IMG/VR virus record: IMGVR_UViG_3300025141_000016
Coordinates: 233,105-297,104 of that record
DNA: 64,000 nucleotides
Reading direction: 5' to 3' (one strand)
Shown here piece after piece: positions 39,254 through 47,116 of the stretch (position 1 is its first letter; each line of letters opens with the position of its first letter). The notes beneath the pieces are model-generated. The model was not told where the DNA came from and did no database searches. It was given only the letters and a program-made list of their open reading frames with translations. The translations under genes and the position numbers were made by a program.

Positions 39254-39259
39254 TAGGGT

Positions 39260-39274
39260 CGGTAGTGCGTCTAT
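39260..39274 (+). promoter_or_regulatory. Class I motif
   Basis: CGGTAG-tgcgt-CTAT, before 39310. Confidence 0.75.
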
Positions 39275-39309
39275 CGCGAGACTTTGGTTGAGTCTTGGAG
39301 GCGCTCCCC

Positions 39310-39630
39310 ATGAAAGACCATAAGCAACTATCCGTCCGTCGGGTTGTCATGGCAAAGCGAGTTGCGACAAAGTGGCTCGCGGAACGTGCTGTGCCCGAGT
39401 ATCGCCTGCGCGTCTACCATGGCTTCGGGCGTGAGTCCCGCAACCTTCCAGGGTTGCTCCGCTCTTTCCGCGACGGAAAGGTGAAGATTGTGACCGCCAC
39501 AAGCATCCCTGACCTTGGAATCAAGCCGGGGTTCGATCATATCGACGTATGGTCCAAGGATCGCGTAGCCCTCCAAGACCTTGATGTAGCCTTGCAAAAG
39601 CTGGGCTGCGAAACAACAGGGGTGTGGTGA
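39310..39630 (+). CDS. Tag-B hypothetical protein
   Basis: MAKRVATKWL; class I motif upstream. Confidence 0.65.
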   Translation: MKDHKQLSVRRVVMAKRVATKWLAERAVPEYRLRVYHGFGRESRNLPGLLRSFRDGKVKIVTATSIPDLGIKPGFDHIDVWSKDRVALQDLDVALQKLGCETTGVW

Positions 39631-40058
39631 TGGCCGCCTCCCTCGCCCAATCGGAGTTCATTTACCGGTCTGGCACCTCGCCGGACATCTACACGTTTAC
39701 GATTGCCGTGAACTCCCAGGGCATCATCAGTGTGCAGGACATTCAAGACCCCTACGGATTCGTCCTGTCCCCTTACACCCAGATCCCGCAGAGCGTGACG
39801 ACCGACATTTCTTCTGCGATGACAACCGTGGAGACAATCTTGGCACTCACATCCGCCGTCAACGGCACCCTTACATTCACCGCATCCACTCACGAGGATG
39901 TGACCTTCGCAGAAGCGTTCTCCGACACCAACTACCGTGTCCAGATCACTGGCGACATTTTTGCCCCCTTCCGTATCACCAACAAGACCACGCTGGGATT
40001 CACCGTCCAAGCGGGGGCTACCGTCACCGGCTCGGTCGGGTACGACGTATTCGCGTAG
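39630..40058 (+). CDS. Probable virion protein (fibre/lectin-type C-terminal domain)
   Basis: VTFAEAFSDTNYRV..NKTTLGFTV pattern. Confidence 0.55.
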   Translation: MAASLAQSEFIYRSGTSPDIYTFTIAVNSQGIISVQDIQDPYGFVLSPYTQIPQSVTTDISSAMTTVETILALTSAVNGTLTFTASTHEDVTFAEAFSDTNYRVQITGDIFAPFRITNKTTLGFTVQAGATVTGSVGYDVFA

Positions 40059-40060
40059 CC

Positions 40061-40075
40061 CGGTAGCTCCTCTAT
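40061..40075 (+). promoter_or_regulatory. Class I motif
   Basis: CGGTAG-ctcct-CTAT, before 40107. Confidence 0.75.
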
Positions 40076-40106
40076 GGAGGGGGACTGGGCGACAGGAGAT
40101 TTCACC

Positions 40107-41819
40107 ATGGCTCTACTACCTATTGAACTTGCTTCCCGCACCGCCTTTGGTGAGAAGATGCAGTCGGCTACGGAGCGTGAGTACAACGCCGCCCTCGGTA
40201 ATGCCCCTCGTGCTCGTAAGGAACACATCGAGGGGGGTCCGCGCACGATGGATGTGGAGTGGAAGGACAGGGGTACTCTCGTAGCCAAGAAGACCATCCT
40301 CTATACGAGGGGCAAGGTCAGCCAGGAACTCTACATGGTCAACCCCGAATACTTGCCGGGTGGGTCGATGGCCCGACGGGCCAAGTTCCCCGAGGGGAAG
40401 AAGATGACCGTCGAGGAAGTAGCGGCTGTCGTTGGACCCGAGTTCAAGGAAATGCACGACAATCCTCCCGATTCCGTCAAGAAGATGCGGAAGGAGATGG
40501 AGGAAGCCATGGAGGCTGACCTCCTTCCGGTCGAGCGGGCATCCACACCGGGCTCGCCCTGCGGGATGAGATCAGCAGGAAGCGCCTCGGCCCCCAAGAA
40601 GTTGGAGATGCTGTCCAAGTCGAAGGCACTTGATGGATTCAAGTCCTTCATCAAGAAAGAGCGCATGAAGGCCACCTCCCCGAAAGAGATGGCTGCGGCA
40701 CTCCAGGCTTACTTTGAGTCGTTGGGGGTGTCGGACGACGACGCTGCCAAGGCTGTCGGAGGCTACTCACGCGGGGATCTCGCAGACGTGATGGGGATGG
40801 CGAAGGCCGCTTCCCAAGATGATCTTCTGCCCATCGAGCGGTACGCCTGTGGGGGCAACTGCTCCTGTGGGGGCAACTGTGAAGGGCGGTGTCAGACTGT
40901 CGGATCTCCCCCGGTTGAAAAGGCGGCGGCCTCTTGGTTCGACATGTTCTTCAAGGAGAAGAACATCCCGTCGAAGGTGTTTGAGGTCACCGACCGGCAG
41001 GGGGTCACACACAGTATCCCCAACGAGGTGGTGATCGAAGCCATCAAACAGACCCGTGGCAGCGAGAAGGCGAAGATCGAAGAAACCCTCCGCATGATCG
41101 ACTTCAAGAACGGGGACGTGAACCATTACCTCGCCCATCTGGCGAAGGGGCTGGCCGAGCAGTACAGCGGTGCTCTCCGGTTCGCTTCCGAGCAGGAAGC
41201 CGAAAAGTTGCAGGCCGAGGCCGAAGCCAACGAACAGCAAGCCGAGGCTGATCGAGCCAAGGCACAGGCAGCCCAGATGAGGGAAGGTCGGACTCGACTG
41301 ACCGGGAAGCAGAAACTCCCCGAGGAGTTGAAGAAGCACCAGTTCACCGAGGAAGACAACCCGAACCCCAAGGGCAACGATAAGGACGGCGACGGCGAGA
41401 CTAACGAGAAGAAGCCCTTTGGGGAGGAATCCAAGAAGAAGTCCTCTGGTCGGCTGGCTCTCCAGCGCAAGTGGCCCTGGTCAGTTGCGGGCTCCCTCGA
41501 TGAGTTCAACGATACGCTCGTGAAGATGGCTTTCGTTCCCGACACCCCGGATGGCGTGTTGGAGTGGGAGCAGCCTCGGGCCAAGCAGGCGGGCCGCCCG
41601 CTGCATCTGATTGCCCGTGAGATCAAATCGGACTGGGGTTCCAAGGTCAACTACGCGGCCAAGCCTTACCTCGATGCGATGCTCTCCCTGAACCGCATGA
41701 GCGATATGTACGGGCACGACAGCGCCGACATGATCGTGCGGTACTTCCTCACCAACGCCCGTTCCTGGCGGGGGCCGGTTGCCAAGGCGATCAAGGCCGA
41801 ACTGAAGCGGATGCTCTGA
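40107..41819 (+). CDS. Multi-module polyprotein with LLP[IV]E repeats
   Basis: Short modules separated by RTA/ERAS/KAAS/RFAS/KQAG; start ATG 40107 after AGGAG. Confidence 0.7.
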   Translation: MALLPIELASRTAFGEKMQSATEREYNAALGNAPRARKEHIEGGPRTMDVEWKDRGTLVAKKTILYTRGKVSQELYMVNPEYLPGGSMARRAKFPEGKKMTVEEVAAVVGPEFKEMHDNPPDSVKKMRKEMEEAMEADLLPVERASTPGSPCGMRSAGSASAPKKLEMLSKSKALDGFKSFIKKERMKATSPKEMAAALQAYFESLGVSDDDAAKAVGGYSRGDLADVMGMAKAASQDDLLPIERYACGGNCSCGGNCEGRCQTVGSPPVEKAAASWFDMFFKEKNIPSKVFEVTDRQGVTHSIPNEVVIEAIKQTRGSEKAKIEETLRMIDFKNGDVNHYLAHLAKGLAEQYSGALRFASEQEAEKLQAEAEANEQQAEADRAKAQAAQMREGRTRLTGKQKLPEELKKHQFTEEDNPNPKGNDKDGDGETNEKKPFGEESKKKSSGRLALQRKWPWSVAGSLDEFNDTLVKMAFVPDTPDGVLEWEQPRAKQAGRPLHLIAREIKSDWGSKVNYAAKPYLDAMLSLNRMSDMYGHDSADMIVRYFLTNARSWRGPVAKAIKAELKRML

Positions 41820-42244
41820 TGACCTACCGTTATTCGTGAAGCGAGGGAGAGGAGCGGTCGCTCCCCCATGAACATCCCCATCCTCCGGGCTTTGACGAGG
41901 AAGACATTGTGGTTGACGAAGAACTGAAAAAGGAAGCCTCCCAAGATCGCCGGATCCTCATCCGTCTCGCCTCCACTCTCCCTGCGGGAGATGGGATGCG
42001 CCGAGCCATCCTGGCTGGGCTCCGACGGAGAGCCGCCAAGGAACCTTGGAAGCACTGGGGGAAGACGCAAAAGGAGATGCTTGGGATAGCCAAGGCCGAG
42101 ATGAAGCGGCTCAATGTCAGGAGCCCAGATGATCTCCGCAAGGCGCGAAAGAAGCATAAGCCCAGTCTCCCGTCCGATGGGTCCAGCGGTCAATATGACG
42201 CTTGGACCGAAACGCTCGCACAGGTCTTGGAGATGGAGGAATGA
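41819..42244 (+). pseudogene. Tag-A gene interrupted by an in-frame TGA at codon 7 (or starting at GTG 41909)
   Basis: TGATG-coupled ATG 41819 is in frame with ORF 41909..42244; single TGA at 41837-41839. Confidence 0.5.
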
Positions 42245-43386
42245 ACCAGCACGAACGAGACAAGAAAGCGTACCTCACCGCGACCCCGATGCAGCGGGAC
42301 GTTGTGCGGCGGCTCTTGACCGACGTGCTTGCCTGTCTCCGTGCCCAATACCTCTCCTACCAGACGAGTCATTGGCAGGTCGTGGGGGGATCGTTCTACG
42401 GAAACCATCTGCTCTTTGATCGGCTGTATCAGTCGGTGCAGGAGCAGGTAGATCAGTTGGCCGAGAAGATCGCCGGATACCTCGGCGGGGATGCCCTTGA
42501 CCTCAACCGTCAAGTGGAGGCCATCTACAACTTTACCCTGGATTGGGGTCGGATCTCTTGCCACCACAAGCGCGGGATTCGTTCGGAGGAGGATCTTCAA
42601 GAAGCAATCAGGGTCGCCTACGAGGGGATCAAGGGTGCCAGGGCTATGACCTTGGGCCTCGATGACTGGCTCATGGCGACTGCGAACTCCCACGAGGAGA
42701 ACACCTACCTGCTTCAACAGACCCTCACGGAACCCCTCACCCAAAAGCAGGCAGGGGATCACCCGATGGTGTCCCATAAAGAGGCCCAGAAGATCGCCAA
42801 AGACCTACTGTCTCGTATCGAGGCCGTGGGGTACTTGGAAGCCTCCATCGCTGCGAAGAAGATGCGAGTGGGAGGGTTTGAGTTCGGGGATCATCGGAGC
42901 GCGATGAAGACCCTAAAGTTTCACGCGAAGGGCACCCTTCCTTTTGGGGTTGAGTCGGCTGCCGAACCACTCCACTGGATCGCCCAGGACGAACTGCAAG
43001 ATTATCAGCGGGTGTTGCGTGTGGCGGAAGGCGCGGCTCGCAAGAAGCGGAAGCGGGGGTCGGGCGCACCGACCGCCGAGGATGCCTTCTACGATGACCC
43101 CGAAAAGAAGGAAGTGCTGGAGTTCTCGCAGTCGAACGCCATCAGCAACAATCCCGAGATTGCCGAGAAAGCGTCGGAACAAGACAACATGGACGTGTCG
43201 GAAGCCAAGGCCGTAGCGGAAGCCGACGAGGCACCCCCTACCCCTGACGAGATCAAGGATGAGCCCGGTGGGGCAGCGTTCTCCACCCTCAACCGGTACG
43301 TCATTCAGACCGAAGTGCCGGGGGAAAAGAAAGTGGTCCAGATGAACAAGGACCGCATGGCACGGTGGTCCGAGGAGTTGCTCTGA
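42241..43386 (+). CDS. Dps/ferritin-like domain fused to further modules
   Basis: HWQVVGGSFYGNHLLFDRLY..DQLAEK Dps motif; KQAG linker. Confidence 0.8.
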   Translation: MNQHERDKKAYLTATPMQRDVVRRLLTDVLACLRAQYLSYQTSHWQVVGGSFYGNHLLFDRLYQSVQEQVDQLAEKIAGYLGGDALDLNRQVEAIYNFTLDWGRISCHHKRGIRSEEDLQEAIRVAYEGIKGARAMTLGLDDWLMATANSHEENTYLLQQTLTEPLTQKQAGDHPMVSHKEAQKIAKDLLSRIEAVGYLEASIAAKKMRVGGFEFGDHRSAMKTLKFHAKGTLPFGVESAAEPLHWIAQDELQDYQRVLRVAEGAARKKRKRGSGAPTAEDAFYDDPEKKEVLEFSQSNAISNNPEIAEKASEQDNMDVSEAKAVAEADEAPPTPDEIKDEPGGAAFSTLNRYVIQTEVPGEKKVVQMNKDRMARWSEELL

Positions 43387-43401
43387 CGGTAGGCCGCCTA
43401 T
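43387..43401 (+). promoter_or_regulatory. Class I motif
   Basis: CGGTAG-gccgc-CTAT, before 43448. Confidence 0.75.
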
Positions 43402-43447
43402 GAGCCAACCCCGGTAGGGTATCCTGACCCCTCCCGTCGGAGGACGC

Positions 43448-44677
43448 TTGTACGCAAATCTTACCGAGGCTTTGAAACGCCGTATGATCCAAGAGATCAG
43501 GTACTTGTGGTCGAAAGACCCGAAGTACCGGGACTCCTTGGTGCCTAACATCCAGGGGCGGTTCTCATTTCGGGAGCGCCCCCAGGAAGCCATCATCCTG
43601 AAAAGCCAGAGTGCGAGCCCCTTTCAACTGGCGGCAGATCACTTTCAGGGCACCATCATCGCGTACTGCTTCCTGACCAAAGTGTATGGGCAGAATGGAA
43701 CGAGCATCGAGTGGGTGCGTGAGAACGGTGCTGCGATCCGTGCCAATAACGGGGTCTTCCCGTCTCCCCCTGGGGTCTACTACATCGAGGTCCGCGAAGA
43801 GGTCATCACCTATCGGGGCGAGCAGACGGAAAGGCTTGTCTTCTATGTGGACCCGTTGCTGGATGTGATTGACGAGACGGCGACGATGCTTGGCCCTCGT
43901 CTATATGAGGTCGGCGCAGGGGCTTTCCACCCCGGAAGCCTTCAAGTCTACGAGATGCCGGGAAACATTCTCTTGTATGAGGGGGTCAACTACACGGCGG
44001 ATGCCACCACAGGGCAAATCACTTTGGCGGCCCCCCTCCCTTCCAACACGTCAATGTCGGTGGATTACCGCTACGCCGGGACCAGCACTGGCCCGTTCCC
44101 CCTCCCCGAGAACGGCGCTGATGTGGATGCTATCCCCGGAGTGGTTCTCGCCTTTGGGCGCAGGGCCTATGACGGGGACATTATGGCGGTGGTTGTCACG
44201 GAACGACGGGAAGATGTGGCCAAGGAGTTCGGCGGCAGGTGGGAGATGAGCATGGACATGGACATTATGGCCCGTGACGTGTACGCCCAAGGGGAGATCA
44301 CTGACCGCACCCTCATGTACCTCCACACGGAGGCACGGGAGAGGCTTTCCACCGAGGGAATCGAGATCACGTCCGTCAGCATGGGTGGTGAGGCCGAAGA
44401 AATCTACGACGAGAATGGCGACGATTACTTCTACACGGCTTCCCTATCGTTGAGCGTTATGACTGACTGGGCCATCCACGTTCCGCTCGGGAGGACCGTG
44501 ATGCGCGTGATCCCCGCCACTGTCGGACAGGAGAAGATGGCGGCAGGCTTGGACGACGCACAACTGATCGAGATGGGGTCACCTACGCGCCTCATCGCCA
44601 CAGACAACTTGGGCCTCGTGTCGATCTCGGACCCGTGGTTCCGTGATCGCACCCGCAACTACGAGGTCATTCGGTAG
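43448..44677 (+). CDS. Probable neck / tail-completion protein
   Basis: Class I promoter; DATTGQITL..VDYRY beta module also seen in the sheath. Confidence 0.5.
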   Translation: MYANLTEALKRRMIQEIRYLWSKDPKYRDSLVPNIQGRFSFRERPQEAIILKSQSASPFQLAADHFQGTIIAYCFLTKVYGQNGTSIEWVRENGAAIRANNGVFPSPPGVYYIEVREEVITYRGEQTERLVFYVDPLLDVIDETATMLGPRLYEVGAGAFHPGSLQVYEMPGNILLYEGVNYTADATTGQITLAAPLPSNTSMSVDYRYAGTSTGPFPLPENGADVDAIPGVVLAFGRRAYDGDIMAVVVTERREDVAKEFGGRWEMSMDMDIMARDVYAQGEITDRTLMYLHTEARERLSTEGIEITSVSMGGEAEEIYDENGDDYFYTASLSLSVMTDWAIHVPLGRTVMRVIPATVGQEKMAAGLDDAQLIEMGSPTRLIATDNLGLVSISDPWFRDRTRNYEVIR

Positions 44678-44686
44678 CAATCCTAT
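44672..44686 (+). promoter_or_regulatory. Class I motif
   Basis: CGGTAG-caatc-CTAT, before 44719. Confidence 0.75.
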
Positions 44687-44718
44687 GCGGAAGCCTCGAT
44701 AAAAGAAGAGAGAACCAG

Positions 44719-45543
44719 ATGCCATCTACTATCCGAAAAGGGTCCAGAGGGGCCGACGTAACGACTTGCCAAGAGAGCCTGACGAAGCACGGCTTTGACT
44801 GTGCCGCCGACGGAATCTTCGGGTCAGGGACGGAAGCCAAGGTCAAGGCGTTCCAGTCAGCCAACGGGTTGGTTTCAGATGGGATTGTGGGGCAAGCCAC
44901 CTGGGGCAAGTTGCTCTCCGATGACCCCGCGAACGCAGGAGTGGCGGCTCCGAGCCCAGTACCTCCTGTGATTCGGCAAGCCCAAGAGTTGGGCTACAAG
45001 ACGTGGGGTGATCCCTGGCGGCTCTTTCTCTTTGGGGTTCGTGCCCCGAACCGAAGTGCCAATACCTACGACGACATGTTGGGTTGCGCCTACGTCAATG
45101 ACGATGGGCTGTGGGAGGCCCATTATTGGCCCGGAACGACGGACCCAGGCACCTACTACTTGGTCAACCCGATGAACTCGGCTGGCTGCGCCGTGCTCGT
45201 GGCGGGGCAGTACCTCGACACTTGGAAGATCGATATGCACGGGGGCAAATACTTGGCTTTGTGCCAAAGGGCAGGCGAGGTGTCTGTCTATCGGGATGAT
45301 TCGGGCGACGACAAGTTGGACCTTGACCCCAGCACTATCGCGACGGGCTACTTTGGGATCAACCTCCATGCCAGCACCCGCACCCCTGACGGGGTTTCCA
45401 AGTACGTCAACAAATACAGCGCCGGATGCCAAGTCCATGCTTCGGCGGATGGATTCGCCAAGATGATGGAGTTGGCAAACGCCCAAAAGGACAAGACGGG
45501 CCGCGACACCTTCAGTTACACCCTCCTCGATCAGTGGTGGTAG
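44719..45543 (+). CDS. Endolysin-like: peptidoglycan-binding domain + L,D-transpeptidase-like domain
   Basis: PG_binding_1 (DGIFG..T..VKAFQ..GL..DGIVG..TW); GINLH..SAGCQV. Confidence 0.85.
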   Translation: MPSTIRKGSRGADVTTCQESLTKHGFDCAADGIFGSGTEAKVKAFQSANGLVSDGIVGQATWGKLLSDDPANAGVAAPSPVPPVIRQAQELGYKTWGDPWRLFLFGVRAPNRSANTYDDMLGCAYVNDDGLWEAHYWPGTTDPGTYYLVNPMNSAGCAVLVAGQYLDTWKIDMHGGKYLALCQRAGEVSVYRDDSGDDKLDLDPSTIATGYFGINLHASTRTPDGVSKYVNKYSAGCQVHASADGFAKMMELANAQKDKTGRDTFSYTLLDQWW

Positions 45544-45545
45544 AG

Positions 45546-45866
45546 ATGGACCTTCCCCTCACCACGAGGGTCGCGTTGCGGCATCAGGTCGTTCGCGATC
45601 TCCCCGTGAGTAAGGGGAAGAAGCCTCATTATGTGAGGTTGAACGTCAACATAGACCTCCCTGGCAGAGATCCTTACTTGCAGAAGATTCAGGGACTCGC
45701 TGCTCGCCAGACGAGCACCATCCCCATCATCAAGCGGGTTTCTCCCGTCACGGTCACTCTGGACCTCCCCATCGCGTTGGAGGAACGACGTGGAGTGGTT
45801 GATGCGATCCAGAAGCTACCCTTCGTGAAGGGGGTGCTCATTACGACTGGTCCACCGATTCGGTGA
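45546..45866 (+). CDS. Small tag-B-like hypothetical protein
   Basis: MDLPLTTRVALRH start immediately after the lysin stop. Confidence 0.55.
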   Translation: MDLPLTTRVALRHQVVRDLPVSKGKKPHYVRLNVNIDLPGRDPYLQKIQGLAARQTSTIPIIKRVSPVTVTLDLPIALEERRGVVDAIQKLPFVKGVLITTGPPIR

Positions 45867-46086
45867 CCTCGGCTTCCTCACCCTTGTCTTTAGGGAGGGT
45901 GCAGTGCCCGCACTCGATGAAGTGCATCGCGGTTCTTCCGAACCAGCCTTGTAGGCTCCAGGCCATGCCATTGTCGATCAAGGTCTGCCATGCAGCGAAG
46001 TAGGCGGCTTCCTTTTCTTCGTCGGTGTCGCCAGGGGGTACTTGCTCGCCCTCGCAGATGAGGACGGTATTGAGGAGAGCGGACAT
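45841..46086 (-). CDS. Small phage hypothetical protein
   Basis: WQTLIDNGMAWSLQGWFGRTA motif; RBS and class II motif upstream. Confidence 0.65.
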   Translation of the reverse strand: MSALLNTVLICEGEQVPPGDTDEEKEAAYFAAWQTLIDNGMAWSLQGWFGRTAMHFIECGHCTLPKDKGEEAEVTESVDQS

Positions 46087-46121
46087 AGGATGCTCCGTGA
46101 GGGGGTGTTCGGGGTATCTAT

Positions 46122-46148
46122 TACCGGAAGGTCTTGAAATCGTACCCC
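46122..46148 (-). promoter_or_regulatory. Class II motif
   Basis: GGGGT-N17-CGGTA, before 46086. Confidence 0.65.
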
Positions 46149-46160
46149 CTTGGGATGTCT

Positions 46161-46619
46161 ATGCCGATCTATGAGTACACCTGCCTGTCCTGTGGGGACC
46201 GCTTTGAGCATTTGTTTCGGCGCATGGTGGAAGACTCCGACACGCACCCGTGCCCCGAGTGCGGAGGGGAGGGAAAGAAGCGGGTGTCGGCCACCAACTT
46301 TGCCTTCGCCCATCCTCAAAGCCAGTTGAGAGGGGCTGCTCCCCCCAACACGGGCACCTCCGATGACTGGAACTACGACAAAGCAATCGGGCGGGATGCA
46401 GAAGCCCGTTGGGGGAAGATCCACGAGAACCGAGCCAAGAAAGCCGAGATCGTCCGCAATGAGGCCAAGAAAGGTCGTGGGATCACCATGGACCATCTCG
46501 TGAAAGAGCGAGATGGGGGATACCGCGTGGTCGAGGAAGGTGAGCGCAAGGCCATCAACCAACACCGGCAGGCGGCATTCGACATAGCCAACGCGACCAA
46601 GAAGAAGTCTGATGAGTGA
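46161..46619 (+). CDS. FmdB-family zinc-ribbon protein
   Basis: MPIYEYTCLSCG..CPECG. Confidence 0.85.
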   Translation: MPIYEYTCLSCGDRFEHLFRRMVEDSDTHPCPECGGEGKKRVSATNFAFAHPQSQLRGAAPPNTGTSDDWNYDKAIGRDAEARWGKIHENRAKKAEIVRNEAKKGRGITMDHLVKERDGGYRVVEEGERKAINQHRQAAFDIANATKKKSDE

Positions 46620-46623
46620 GGGC

Positions 46624-46638
46624 CGGTAAGTCTCCTAT
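46624..46638 (+). promoter_or_regulatory. Class I motif
   Basis: CGGTAA-gtctc-CTAT, before 46680. Confidence 0.75.
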
Positions 46639-46679
46639 CGGGAGGTTACGGGGAGAAACCCTTTTCGGAGGCAAAGACC

Positions 46680-47000
46680 ATGACTGAACCTACTCGCCGG
46701 ATGCTGATCCGATTTGCGTCCACCCTTCCTGTGGGATCAGACGAACGTCGGACCATCCTCGCTGGACTGGACAAGCAGGGTTCCGTGGAGTCCTTTGAGA
46801 AGGAACTCGCCATACAGTTACGTTTGCATACGGGCTTGGGTCCAAAGGATCAGATGGGCCTGAAGGGTCGCACCGTGTGGCTTGCCGATGGAAAGGGTGA
46901 GGTACTGATCTACGATACGACTGCCCGTGGGACGGTGCTCAACTACAAGGGCAAGGAATACAAGTCGGTAAGGGACTTGATGAAGTCCCTTTCTCGGTAG
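46680..47000 (+). CDS. Small tag-A protein
   Basis: LIRFASTLPVGSDERRTILAGL, then KQGS. Confidence 0.75.
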   Translation: MTEPTRRMLIRFASTLPVGSDERRTILAGLDKQGSVESFEKELAIQLRLHTGLGPKDQMGLKGRTVWLADGKGEVLIYDTTARGTVLNYKGKEYKSVRDLMKSLSR

Positions 47001-47009
47001 GCCGCCTAT
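46995..47009 (+). promoter_or_regulatory. Class I motif
   Basis: CGGTAG-gccgc-CTAT, before the sheath gene at 47117. Confidence 0.75.
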
Positions 47010-47116
47010 ACGACAGGGCATGATGTAAAACTCCTGCTTGTCAGGGCACCATCTCCGCGCTTGAACTACTCACGGGTAGCCCCGGTTTCCCGCTGACAAA
47101 ATAGAGGACTTCCCCC

